Source: a virus. From it: 64,000 nt of DNA. Below are positions 45,030 to 55,066 of the stretch, piece by piece. Under the pieces are notes generated by a model that did no database searches, had not been told where the DNA came from, and was given only the letters and a program-made list of their open reading frames with translations. Where the stretch lies: positions 1 through 64,000 of the IMG/VR virus record IMGVR_UViG_3300037296_000055. One strand, 5' to 3'. How positions within the stretch are numbered: the stretch's first letter is position 1; each line of letters starts with the position of its first letter. The translations under genes were made by a program, and so were the position numbers.

Positions 45030-45569
45030 ATGGCACTACAAACTTCCATTGGCGCAGGTACCTTTTCGGCCCTGACGTACGCAAACGTTGTCGTCCCGAC
45101 GACTCTTCCCAGCTCGGCCGCTTCCTGGCAAGCGCTGTTCGCCACCATCGGCGACTTTACGGAGATCAAAGACATTCGCGAGATGCCGACTTTCGGTACT
45201 CCTGCGAACATCGTCAAGGTCCCACAGTTCGGCGTGGCTCAGTCCCTGTCGATCGGTGCTCAGTCCGACGCTCCTGACCTGGAGCTGACCCTGAACTACA
45301 TCCCAAGCCGTTTCGCAATTGGTCAACAGATCAAGACCGACTTGGACTCGAAAGCCTCGCGTATCTTCCGCTTCTCGCTGCTGTACGCAAAGCCAACCAA
45401 CCTGGCCGACGCAACGACCGGTATCGGTACTGTCCAGAACTCCTCGATCTACTTCGTAGGTAAGATGGAGTCGCTGCAGATCATGCCATCGCTGTCTGAC
45501 TCGAACACTGCCACTCTGGCTCTGTCGATCCAGTCCGACTTCTTCGGTCCATACACCGTCGACGCATAA
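45030..45569 (+). CDS. major tail tube protein
   Basis: IREMPTFGTPANIVKVPQFG...QSDAPDLELTLNY; synteny. Confidence 0.82.
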   Translation: MALQTSIGAGTFSALTYANVVVPTTLPSSAASWQALFATIGDFTEIKDIREMPTFGTPANIVKVPQFGVAQSLSIGAQSDAPDLELTLNYIPSRFAIGQQIKTDLDSKASRIFRFSLLYAKPTNLADATTGIGTVQNSSIYFVGKMESLQIMPSLSDSNTATLALSIQSDFFGPYTVDA

Positions 45570-45596
45570 TCCCCTCACTGATGAGATAATTCCAAC

Positions 45597-45839
45597 ATGA
45601 CAACCCATATCCCCTTTACGCAGGCGTTCGTACTGGACGTCACGATGAAGAACATGAAGGGGGCGGTTGATCTTTCCATGCGAAAGACTGCCGCTCGCCT
45701 GATTGACTTCGCTGAAGACCAGGATAAGAAGATGGAGATCCTTGCGACGCTATCGTCCTTGGATCGTCTCCATAAGCTTCTTGCCGAAATTGAACAAAAT
45801 AACCCCCACCTATTCCAGGATACCCACACACATGCGTAA
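45597..45839 (+). CDS. hypothetical protein
   Basis: Tiles between tail tube and chaperone genes. Confidence 0.6.
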   Translation: MTTHIPFTQAFVLDVTMKNMKGAVDLSMRKTAARLIDFAEDQDKKMEILATLSSLDRLHKLLAEIEQNNPHLFQDTHTHA

Positions 45840-46176
45840 GCTGCTTGCACAAGACCGTATCACCGTAGAAGTTCCTTTTCAGGGCGACACGCTGCAGGTC
45901 AAAGAACTCTCCGTGGCCGAGATCAAGACGTTCCAGAAGACTGTAAAGACTCTGAACGACGATAAGAAGGCCGACAACGAAGACAAGGCCCTGGGCACCC
46001 AGCGTGAGCTGATCCGCCTGGCCGTGGTCGACGCAAACGACATGACAGATGAAGAGCTGGACACGTTCCCTCTGAAAGCTCTGTCCGCACTGTGTAACCG
46101 CATTCTCGAAATCAACGGTCTGGCCTCAAACATGAATGACGAGCCTGACGCTGACGGAGAGGTGGGAAACGCCTAA
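45832..46176 (+). CDS. tail assembly chaperone (lambda gpG-like)
   Basis: Synteny; ends at a GGGAAAC slippery site. Confidence 0.8.
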   Translation: MRKLLAQDRITVEVPFQGDTLQVKELSVAEIKTFQKTVKTLNDDKKADNEDKALGTQRELIRLAVVDANDMTDEELDTFPLKALSALCNRILEINGLASNMNDEPDADGEVGNA

Positions 46177-46493
46177 GCAGCGAAGAGCTTGAGCTCTACG
46201 AGATCGCTTTTGTGCTCAACCGTACAGTCTACGAAATTGAGCACGAAATGTCTAACAGAGAACTCCTCGGTTGGGTCGAATATTTTCGACGTCGACCTCC
46301 CGGCTGGAAGGACGATCAGCGTACCTCGATGATTGTCTCAGCTTTCGGCTCTAAGGCTAAGCCTGAGGAGCTGTTCCCTTCAATAGCTGCTATCAAGAAA
46401 GACCTAGAACGTAGCCAGAAGAAGAAGTCTGTAGCACAAGCGTTCATGGAGAAATTTGGCCATCTATTCCCACAATTGGAGCTGGAAGAATGA
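46164..46493 (+). CDS. tail assembly chaperone -1 frameshift extension (gpGT-like)
   Basis: G GGA AAC at 46164-46170; the -1 frame is open through ORF 46212-46493. Confidence 0.8.
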   Translation, partial: GKRLSSEELELYEIAFVLNRTVYEIEHEMSNRELLGWVEYFRRRPPGWKDDQRTSMIVSAFGSKAKPEELFPSIAAIKKDLERSQKKKSVAQAFMEKFGHLFPQLELEE

Positions 46494-46819
46494 GTATACT
46501 CTCAGTCCGCTTCCGAGGGGACATCAAAGGCCAAGTCAGCAGAGAGCTCTCCGATAATCAGGAGAAGGAGCTGAAACAAGTTCAAGCAGAGTCCCTGCAA
46601 TCAATGATCGCTGCGACCCCTATTGATACAGGGGAAGCACGATCGAACTGGCGAGTTCAGGACATCGGTCCTGACGGTTTTACGCTGGTGAACGACTCAC
46701 CCTATATCGGTGTCCTCAATGCAGGGCACTCGGGTCAAGCACCCGCACGATTTATTGAAGGCGTTGCCCTACGTTACGGTAGAGCCTTCGGAACAATAGT
46801 CAACTACTTCCGCTCGTGA
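46490..46819 (+). CDS. HK97 gp10-like neck/tail completion protein
   Basis: TPIDTGEARSNW...NDSPYIGVLNAGHSGQAP. Confidence 0.8.
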   Translation: MSILSVRFRGDIKGQVSRELSDNQEKELKQVQAESLQSMIAATPIDTGEARSNWRVQDIGPDGFTLVNDSPYIGVLNAGHSGQAPARFIEGVALRYGRAFGTIVNYFRS

Positions 46820-46825
46820 GATAAC

Positions 46826-46864
46826 AGCCCCGTTATGACGTCTGTGTCACTTCGGGGCTTTTTT
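46826..46864 (+). terminator. putative intrinsic terminator before the tape measure gene
   Basis: AGCCCCG...CGGGGCT stem followed by a T-run. Confidence 0.65.
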
Positions 46865-46877
46865 ATGGAGTAAGTCC

Positions 46878-49800
46878 GTGGCAGTCACCATTGAATTCGA
46901 CGCTAACGTACTCCCTGCACAGCGGGGAATACGAAACCTTGATCGTTCCATGGACACCCTCATGTCCTCGGCCAATAAAGCAACACGCTCTACTGGCAAG
47001 CTGAACGACCTTAGTACCCTGAAAGCTCAGCGCTCTCTCGATACTATGAACAAATCTTTGAAGAGCATGGAGAAGCAAGCTTCTTCAACCAAACGTATGA
47101 TGATGGGCATGATTGCCAGCGTCGGTGCCGGTATGTCCGTCACAGCGCTCGCACGTACCGCCGACTCATACAAGAACATGACCAACAAGCTGATGTCCAT
47201 GGGGCAATCCACCGGCGAAGCTCGGGATACTCTCCTGGACCTCTCTGACGTGGCAGCTCGTACCCGTACACCTCTGGCTGACATGGCCTCCCTGTATGCC
47301 AAGGCTTCCCTCGCAGCTAACGACCTCGGAGCCTCGCAGGCTGACATCATGCAGTTCACCGAGAACATCGGTAACGCCCTTGGTTCCTCCGGTACTTCCG
47401 CAACCTCCGCAGCTGGCGCACTCTTGCAGCTGGGTCAGGCTCTGGGCGGTACTCTGGTTCAGGCCGAGGAATTCAACTCGATCCTTGATGGTTCGTTCGC
47501 CGTGGCTCAGGCCGCTGCTGACGGTATCGAAGCAGCTGGTGGCTCCGTTGCCAAGCTGAACCGTATGGTCAAGGACCAAAAAGTCACTCCCCAGATGCTC
47601 TATCAGGGCATCATGTCTCAGTCGGAACAACTTGCTGAGAAGATGGGTAAGACGACTTCCACCATCGGTCAAGCCTTTGAAGTTCTACGCAACCGCTGGA
47701 CCCTGTTCATTGGTACTCTGGACCTCACCTATGGCGTGTCCACCGGTGTCTCCAACATCATTCTCAGGATCGCTGACGCGGTCAACTACCTCGCACGGAA
47801 CATGGAGCTGATCGAGATCCCGATCAAGACGTTCCTGACCCTGCTCGCTGTCATCCCCCTCATGCTGGGCTTCATGGTCGTTGATCCGATCAAGGCCAAG
47901 ATCGCAGAGATGCGGGAAGCCTTCGATAGCTTCCTGGGCGGTAACGGCATCAGCTTCGAGGGGCTGAAGTCTGCCTTCTCTAACCTGAAAGCCTCGTTCC
48001 CTGGCACGATGGACTTTGCCGGAAACCTGTTCAAGCAGCTCTGGGAAACCATCAAGCTCTACGGCGCTGGAATTGGCGACTCTGTCAAGGTACTTGGGGC
48101 CTACGTCAAGTTCGAGTTCCAACAGCTCTGGGCGTCCTTCGCCCTGAAGTTCCCTGACTTCTCCATCAAGGTCAAGGAGTACGCCACCAAGACGGTCGAG
48201 TACGTCAAGTGGATGGTCGAGATGCTCAAGTCCCTTGCTGTGGGTGTCAAGGACTCCATCGGTGGGTTCTTCGCTGACATCGACTTCGACGCCGCCTTTG
48301 GTCTGGACGAAGGTGTCTTTGACTCCATCACCGGCAAGGTGACTTCCAAGGTCAAGGGTATCCGTGACGCCATCTCCGGTCTGTTCGGTCCTGCGCGTGA
48401 AGCGCCGAGAGGTAACTTCCTGGAAGTAATGGCTCAGCGGATCAAGGAGTCCAAGGAAGACCCTCTACTGCAGAAGTCCAACTTCATCAAGGACACGATC
48501 CTGGATGCTACTGGCTTTTCCATCGGTGAGATCGAGAACGCTGAAGGTCTGGGCATCCAGATCGACAAAGTCCTTGGTAACGCTGAAGGCCAAACCAAAG
48601 TCCTGGACCTGATCTTTGACCGTAGTGGTGCCAAAGCTCGTCTGAACATGCTGCTGATCCAGAACGCTCTGATCTCGTTCGGTCAAGCCATCATCCACCC
48701 TATCAAGACCATTTCCGAGGGCTTCTCGAAAGCCTTCAACTCGACCGAGCGTGCCTTTGATACTGGCATGTTCGCCATCGGCATCAAGAACTTCGCAGAG
48801 TCCCTGCGTAACTTGTCTATCGCTTCCATCGTCATGACCCACTACAAAGAGTCCCTGCGGGCTCTGACCATGACCTTTGGCTCTTCTATCCGTGGTACCC
48901 TGGCCGTTCTTGGTCTGGTCGTCATGGGCATCATGCAGCTCCCTGGCCTGTTCGGTCACGTTCTGGCAACCCTGAAGGTTGTCGGCGAATACGTGGGCGA
49001 GATCCTGGGCGGTATCTGGGAAGGGTTCGCCCTCACAGACATCGGCGAGGCTGTCAAGGATAGCTTCAAAAGTGTCAAAGACTTCGGTGCTGATCTCCTG
49101 GACGCCATGGGTCTGGAGCGTCTGAAGGACGGCTTCAGGTCTGTCAAAGAAGCCATGGAGAACATCTTCGGTGACTTCTCCGGCACTGTCGGTATCACCA
49201 GCCTTGTTGCTCTGGGTTCTGCCCTGGCAATGGTGGTCTGGCGTACCGGTGCTCTGGGCATTGCCTTCAAGCAAGTCTCCCTGGGTGCTACCGCGCTGAT
49301 GACCGGTAACTCTCTGCTGACCCGCTCCCTCCGGGGTGTGGCCAGTGGTTTCTTCCTCTGGATTTCTGTCTTCAACCTCCTACCTGACCTGATGCGCTTT
49401 GCCGCAAAGTTCTTGCCGGAAGAGATGGCAACGATCGTGAAGGACGCGGCTGAGGAACTGTCTGACTTTCCGATCCTGATCAAAGACCTGTTCCTGAAAG
49501 GCTTCAAGAACCTCGAAGATATCGAGTGGGGCGAAGTCGGAACTAACATCGCTGAGCAACTGTCCAAGGCCCTTCAGAAGGGTGCTGAGGCGCAGGGCTG
49601 GGTCGATGACCAAGGTCAGAAGATCTGGGAAAAGCTGATGAACTTTGATGGTCGGTCCGCGCTGGCCAACATCAAGGGCAAGCTGCGTAGCCTGTATCAG
49701 GGCATCGTGAGCCTTGTCAAAGGTATCTTCTCGGTAATCACGTTCCCCGCAAAGATCTTCCAGTTCGATGCTAACGTTATCCTGGCTGCTGCTTCTGCTC

Positions 49801-52800
49801 TGGGTCTCTTGTTCATCAAGGGCTTCCGGGACGGTCTGCTGCGTGCTGCCAAGGTCACTATCGGTCTGGGCATCCTGCTTCCGATGTTTGACAGTGGCTC
49901 CATGCGTCGAGTGGTTTACGGCTATGCTTCTGGCATCGTCGGTATCCTGTTCGAAGCTCTGGGCAAAGAGTTCGAGTCGGTTGGCTGGGATGAAATGAAC
50001 TCACGGGTGCTTGACAAGATCCTGACTCCTCCGAAAGAGGGAGACACGATGGTTGGGAACTACATCCGTAAAGTCGGCAACATCATGAAGAACATCGGCG
50101 CTACGCTGATCCTCTCCGTGATGGACAACCTGGGCTTCAGTGAAGAAACTGGCAACTGGGTGGCCGAACAGTTCTCCGGCTCCATCGGTGGTGGTCTTGT
50201 TCTGGGTGCAGCAATGCTCCTGTCCGGCACTGCTCGTGGTGTTATCTTCGGAAGTCTGAAAGCACTCTTCGGTGCCAAGATGATGAAGATGGCCTTCGAA
50301 CACTGGGGCGACACTACTGAAGATGGTATGAAGCACTTCGCACGGGGTATCCGTGGTAGTGTGATCCGTCTGATCGGTGTTGCTGGAGGCATGCTAGGTT
50401 ACGGTATCGGTCAGCACATCGCTGATCGTATGGACCTTAGCGGCGTCGAACGTATGTTCACTGTGGGTCTGTCCACTCTGTTGGGCTTCATCCTTCCGCA
50501 GATGTTCGGAACTGCTCTCTTCGGCATGATGGCAACCCGCTGGGCCGCTGTCATGGCTCGCTTCGCCACTTTCGGTGCGAGTTCCTTCGGCCAAGTTCTG
50601 GGTCGTATCTTCTCCCTCAAGGGCGCTGCTCTTGCTGGTGGTACGTTCCTGACTCTGGACGGTCTGTTCGGTGGAATGACCGGGCTCTCCGAGCAGATGG
50701 AGAAAGGCCTGTTCGCCGCAATCTCCATCGGTCTCGCAGGTGCTTCCCGCTTCATGCCTGACCTTCTGGGTCGTTGGTGGCGTCAAGTTGGTCTCTACAT
50801 GTCCATCAGCCTCTACGGCATGCTGGCACCTCTGGGAGCCGCTCTGCAACGTCAGCTCACAACCACTCTAGGTCGCGCATTCCTGAATGCGGGTCCTGCT
50901 CTAGGTTCCCTTATCGGTGGCGTGTTCCGAGGCCTAAACCTTGGCTCCGTGATCGGTATGATCATTGGTCAGAACCTCCAAGACGCAAGCATCGGTGACA
51001 TCATCCAACGGGTGCTGTATGCCACTGTTGCGGGTATGGTACTAGGTGCAGGCTGGAAGAAATCTCTGGCCCTGTCCGTGGTCTACGCAATCATCGAAGC
51101 GTGGAACAACCCTGAGATCCAGAACGCCGTTTCAGGTCTGGAAGGTATCCTGCAAGGGTTCCTGAACGAGATGGGCTTCGACGTTGAGCTCTCTGGCTTC
51201 ACCAACAACATCGGCATGACTATCACGGACGCGCTGTCCGAGAACAAGCTGGGTTCCTTCATCCTGAAGAACTGGCAGACCGTCTTGCCCGCAATGTTGA
51301 GCAGTGCAGTCCGTAAGATGTCCTTCCCCGCACTAGGGGCGGCGCTGCTTGACGGCTTGGCAAAGTCCTTCGTTGGTGACTCCAACCTCCCTGCTGAATT
51401 GCAGGCTGAGCTGGATGACGTCTTCTCTGACGCGACCCTTGCTATGGGTGTTGCTGGTACTGTTGGTACGGCTGTCGGTGGTCCATTCGTGGGCATCGGC
51501 ATGGGTATTGCTGCTGGTATCATCACTGGCATGATGTCCTACTTCAACTCAGGTCTTCCTGGTTCCATGGTTTCCGACGCGATCGGTAACATGGTTGCCA
51601 AGGGCCTCCGTGGTACTATGGGCGATACTGTTGCGGACGCTATGCTCCGTGCAGGTAACCTGATGAACTCCGGGAAGGACGGTCCCGTCAATGACTATGA
51701 GCTGGCAATCCAGCCCTACATTGACCAAGACTACATCACTCCTGAGATCGAGGCCACCGCTAAGGCTGCGATGGAGGCTCTGCAAGCCACGCTTGACCGT
51801 CGCTCCGATGGCTACGCTGGTCTGGAAGTGTTCGACTCGATGGTCGCCAACCTGGCCACCACTCGTGCCGCGATCGAAGGGTTCACCAACGACATCGGCG
51901 CAATGAATGCTGCTGCAGACCTTGCTGCTAGCCGGATTGCTGGTCTGGGTGAGAACCTTGCCGCTCGTCCTGCAACCTCAGACCGTCAGAGCGATCGTGC
52001 TAATGACGTCCTGGGTGAGATCCAGCCTAAGGTTTCTCCGGACGCCTTCGCTGATCTTGTGCAGCAAGCCCTTGACGCTAAGCTGGAGATTGAGCAAGTC
52101 TTCATCGACGCGTTGGACACGACCTCTATCACTACCGGGCTGGAGACTTCTGTCTCTGTTGCGGACATGACACCTGACACTTCTCCGATCACGAACGCGT
52201 TCGGTCAGATGTTCGGTGACTTGGCAACTCGCTCTATCGCTGAGGGCGCGGGCTTCGCTCGTAACCTTACCGATCCTCTGCCTCCTGCGATGCAGGGCGC
52301 GGCTGACTCTGCCATCAACATGGTCGAGACCTCTCTGAACAGCAACGCTCAGCGTCTTGGTCAGGACTTCGCCAACACCCTCGTGACTGGCATCAAGGGC
52401 GTCTTTGGTTCCACAACCATCGCGGCTCCGACCATCTCGGCCCCCAAGCTGAGCTATGGTGCAACGACCTCGAAGGCCCCTCCCGCAGGTGGTCGTCCGA
52501 GTGAGTTCTCCACAGGTGGTTCCGTCTTCGGCCCTGGCACAGGCACCTCCGACAGCATCCCCGCGCTGTTGTCCAACGGTGAGTTTGTGATCAATGCCAA
52601 GGACACTTCCAAGAACCTGGCTCTGCTGAAAGCGATCAACACCGGGAAAGACATCTCTCGGTTCGCTGCTGGAGGTATGGCCGGTCAACGTCGTCAGGTT
52701 GTACAACGCTTCAAGACGGGCACTGATGAGCCTGCCAAGGCGAAGTACTCCTACACTGAGGACTTTGAAGGTCCGGCTGCTGGCTGGGCTGACTGGATCA

Positions 52801-53924
52801 GTGACAAGTCGACCAAGGCCGCAGAAGCTCTCCGTCAAACGGTTGAGACTGGTGCTGCCAACCTTCTGCGTATCAACAGAGAGGGTAACGACTCCGCAAG
52901 CGATACCCGGAAGAACACCTCCGGTATCACTGACGCTGTCGAGAAGAGCAAGAAGGACGCCGCAAACTCCGGTAAGAAGATCGTTGATGCGATCGAGAAG
53001 GAGAAGGAGCTGAAGCCGCTGAACGCGACGGATGCTGCTGCTGCGGAGATGAAAGAACAGACCGACCTGTTGAAGGGCATCCAAGATGCGCTGCTGCAAC
53101 AGACCGGCTCTGGCCGTATTCGTCTGGCTGACAAGATCGTAACAACGATCGACCAGTATGGCGAAGAGCAGAAGTCTATCGAACCTCAGTACCAGTACAC
53201 CGGTATGATGAACGAGGTTGACTTTGCTCAGGCAGGCGCTGATGGCGCTCAAGAGATGCTGAACGGTTTCAAGACTCAGATGTCTGGTTTCCTGTCAGGT
53301 GATCTGAGCTTCGGAGACGCTATCGATGGCTTCCTTGATCAACTGACCAACGGGATCATCAACTCCTTCGTCAACTCCTTCTCCAACTCCATGTTTGGTC
53401 CTGGTGGTTTGAACCTCAGCTCCATGTTCTCCGGCTTGTTCGGTGGCATGAGCTCTCAGGGTGCAAGCTCCGGTCTCGGCGCTTCGGGCATCATCGGCAC
53501 TATCGGTGGTTTCCTGGGCTTCGCAGACGGTGGTCCGATCTCTGGTCAGGGTGGTCCTCGTTCGGATGACATCCCTGCCATGCTGTCCAACGGTGAGTAC
53601 GTCATCAATGCTTCAGCAACCCGCAAGAACCGTGACCTTCTGGACGCGATCAACTCTGGTCGTCGCCCTGCAGGGTTCGCAAACGGGGGACTCGTGGGAC
53701 CTGCTGCCTTCAAGGCTGCTGCTGTCGGTACCATGGCCGACATGGCCTCAATGGTCTCAGGTAGCCAAGCCGGTGGTAGCGCTTCCGCCCAACCCGCCTC
53801 GCAGACTACGGTCAACCTGGGCATCACCGGAGATGTCTCTGACGCAACCCGTCAGCAACTCCGTCGGATGATCCCCGAGCTCGTATCTCAAATGGACTCC
53901 TACAAAAGAAATAGGAACAAGTAA
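46878..53924 (+). CDS. tape measure protein (2348 aa)
   Basis: LLQLGQALG...AEEFNSI tape-measure domain; Ala/Gly-rich; follows the chaperone frameshift. Confidence 0.95.
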   Translation: MAVTIEFDANVLPAQRGIRNLDRSMDTLMSSANKATRSTGKLNDLSTLKAQRSLDTMNKSLKSMEKQASSTKRMMMGMIASVGAGMSVTALARTADSYKNMTNKLMSMGQSTGEARDTLLDLSDVAARTRTPLADMASLYAKASLAANDLGASQADIMQFTENIGNALGSSGTSATSAAGALLQLGQALGGTLVQAEEFNSILDGSFAVAQAAADGIEAAGGSVAKLNRMVKDQKVTPQMLYQGIMSQSEQLAEKMGKTTSTIGQAFEVLRNRWTLFIGTLDLTYGVSTGVSNIILRIADAVNYLARNMELIEIPIKTFLTLLAVIPLMLGFMVVDPIKAKIAEMREAFDSFLGGNGISFEGLKSAFSNLKASFPGTMDFAGNLFKQLWETIKLYGAGIGDSVKVLGAYVKFEFQQLWASFALKFPDFSIKVKEYATKTVEYVKWMVEMLKSLAVGVKDSIGGFFADIDFDAAFGLDEGVFDSITGKVTSKVKGIRDAISGLFGPAREAPRGNFLEVMAQRIKESKEDPLLQKSNFIKDTILDATGFSIGEIENAEGLGIQIDKVLGNAEGQTKVLDLIFDRSGAKARLNMLLIQNALISFGQAIIHPIKTISEGFSKAFNSTERAFDTGMFAIGIKNFAESLRNLSIASIVMTHYKESLRALTMTFGSSIRGTLAVLGLVVMGIMQLPGLFGHVLATLKVVGEYVGEILGGIWEGFALTDIGEAVKDSFKSVKDFGADLLDAMGLERLKDGFRSVKEAMENIFGDFSGTVGITSLVALGSALAMVVWRTGALGIAFKQVSLGATALMTGNSLLTRSLRGVASGFFLWISVFNLLPDLMRFAAKFLPEEMATIVKDAAEELSDFPILIKDLFLKGFKNLEDIEWGEVGTNIAEQLSKALQKGAEAQGWVDDQGQKIWEKLMNFDGRSALANIKGKLRSLYQGIVSLVKGIFSVITFPAKIFQFDANVILAAASALGLLFIKGFRDGLLRAAKVTIGLGILLPMFDSGSMRRVVYGYASGIVGILFEALGKEFESVGWDEMNSRVLDKILTPPKEGDTMVGNYIRKVGNIMKNIGATLILSVMDNLGFSEETGNWVAEQFSGSIGGGLVLGAAMLLSGTARGVIFGSLKALFGAKMMKMAFEHWGDTTEDGMKHFARGIRGSVIRLIGVAGGMLGYGIGQHIADRMDLSGVERMFTVGLSTLLGFILPQMFGTALFGMMATRWAAVMARFATFGASSFGQVLGRIFSLKGAALAGGTFLTLDGLFGGMTGLSEQMEKGLFAAISIGLAGASRFMPDLLGRWWRQVGLYMSISLYGMLAPLGAALQRQLTTTLGRAFLNAGPALGSLIGGVFRGLNLGSVIGMIIGQNLQDASIGDIIQRVLYATVAGMVLGAGWKKSLALSVVYAIIEAWNNPEIQNAVSGLEGILQGFLNEMGFDVELSGFTNNIGMTITDALSENKLGSFILKNWQTVLPAMLSSAVRKMSFPALGAALLDGLAKSFVGDSNLPAELQAELDDVFSDATLAMGVAGTVGTAVGGPFVGIGMGIAAGIITGMMSYFNSGLPGSMVSDAIGNMVAKGLRGTMGDTVADAMLRAGNLMNSGKDGPVNDYELAIQPYIDQDYITPEIEATAKAAMEALQATLDRRSDGYAGLEVFDSMVANLATTRAAIEGFTNDIGAMNAAADLAASRIAGLGENLAARPATSDRQSDRANDVLGEIQPKVSPDAFADLVQQALDAKLEIEQVFIDALDTTSITTGLETSVSVADMTPDTSPITNAFGQMFGDLATRSIAEGAGFARNLTDPLPPAMQGAADSAINMVETSLNSNAQRLGQDFANTLVTGIKGVFGSTTIAAPTISAPKLSYGATTSKAPPAGGRPSEFSTGGSVFGPGTGTSDSIPALLSNGEFVINAKDTSKNLALLKAINTGKDISRFAAGGMAGQRRQVVQRFKTGTDEPAKAKYSYTEDFEGPAAGWADWISDKSTKAAEALRQTVETGAANLLRINREGNDSASDTRKNTSGITDAVEKSKKDAANSGKKIVDAIEKEKELKPLNATDAAAAEMKEQTDLLKGIQDALLQQTGSGRIRLADKIVTTIDQYGEEQKSIEPQYQYTGMMNEVDFAQAGADGAQEMLNGFKTQMSGFLSGDLSFGDAIDGFLDQLTNGIINSFVNSFSNSMFGPGGLNLSSMFSGLFGGMSSQGASSGLGASGIIGTIGGFLGFADGGPISGQGGPRSDDIPAMLSNGEYVINASATRKNRDLLDAINSGRRPAGFANGGLVGPAAFKAAAVGTMADMASMVSGSQAGGSASAQPASQTTVNLGITGDVSDATRQQLRRMIPELVSQMDSYKRNRNK

Positions 53925-54499
53925 TGGCTGACTACACCTTCCAAGACATGACTATCATAGCCCCAGTCTCTTTCGAGTCGGAACAAAAGATCCTCTCAAC
54001 CAAAACGTGGGGATCTTCCGAGGAACGTGTTGTCATGGATGGACAGCGTTGGAAGGTGACTTTCAACGTTGAGCCACATGAGGGGGCTTCCCTGCTCCCC
54101 CATCTGGTCTCCAGCTTTGGCGATACCTTCGACTTCGAAATGCCTCAAGCAGAGGACCCGACACTGGACCATGAATTCCGGCATGTCTACTCAACCTCCG
54201 CAGCCCTCGCGGGCACCAACGCAATTCAGATCTCTGATGATGATCGGATGCTGGTGGCCAAGGGCCGCTTCATCAAGTTCAACAACCATACCAAGGTCTA
54301 CATGATCATCAACCTTTCAAGCAATACGATGTACATCTATCCTGAGCTACAGTCGGACATCTCGACTGGTCAGTACATCCCTTGTGGGCGCAACGTTACC
54401 ATGAAGTGTCGCTACGATACCAACATGGTCCGTGGCATCACTTTCTCCGACGGTCTACTCTCAGACCCCGGCTCAATTACTCTGGTGGAGGCAGTATGA
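53924..54499 (+). CDS. putative distal tail protein
   Basis: Directly after TMP; GQRWKVTF, GRFIKFNNHTKVYMI. Confidence 0.7.
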   Translation: MADYTFQDMTIIAPVSFESEQKILSTKTWGSSEERVVMDGQRWKVTFNVEPHEGASLLPHLVSSFGDTFDFEMPQAEDPTLDHEFRHVYSTSAALAGTNAIQISDDDRMLVAKGRFIKFNNHTKVYMIINLSSNTMYIYPELQSDISTGQYIPCGRNVTMKCRYDTNMVRGITFSDGLLSDPGSITLVEAV

Positions 54500-55062
54500 A
54501 GGACGTACCACAGTTTATCCGTAATCGCCTTGCTGACACCGACGCAAAGATGTTCGCCAAGGTCTACATCGGGGCAACGGGTGGGGGCTACTACGCTTCC
54601 ACTCTTCCCTACGACTTCACCCACGCAGGAAAAACCTGGAAGGGCAAGTCAGGCCTCAAAGAGATCGACACCACGACCCAGGATGATCGCGTATCCCGCG
54701 ACCCCTACAGCATCTCTATCGTGGACGACGCTAACAGCTCTCTGGAGTTCCGTCTCCAGGTCGGCCAACCCATGACCATCGCGGTAGGGTTCTACGATCC
54801 CAATCGTAACCAGCCGAACACTGAGGATTTCCTCACTCTCTACAACGGAAGAATTGACTTCTGGAGCCGTTCAATCGGTTCTGACAACCAACGCATACTA
54901 CAGATCCAGGGTGTATCTCCCTCAGGCGTTCTGTCACTAACTCGCGGCGTGTACACAGACATTGTCTACACACGTCAAATCGACTCAACAGACACCTCAA
55001 TGCAGACCATCGGGCGAATGCGCTCTGATGATATCGTTCTGGATTGGGGCAAGCCGAGGTAA
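54496..55062 (+). CDS. putative tail tip/hub protein
   Basis: Synteny; C-terminal LDWGK. Confidence 0.65.
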   Translation: MKDVPQFIRNRLADTDAKMFAKVYIGATGGGYYASTLPYDFTHAGKTWKGKSGLKEIDTTTQDDRVSRDPYSISIVDDANSSLEFRLQVGQPMTIAVGFYDPNRNQPNTEDFLTLYNGRIDFWSRSIGSDNQRILQIQGVSPSGVLSLTRGVYTDIVYTRQIDSTDTSMQTIGRMRSDDIVLDWGKPR

Positions 55063-55066
55063 ACCC

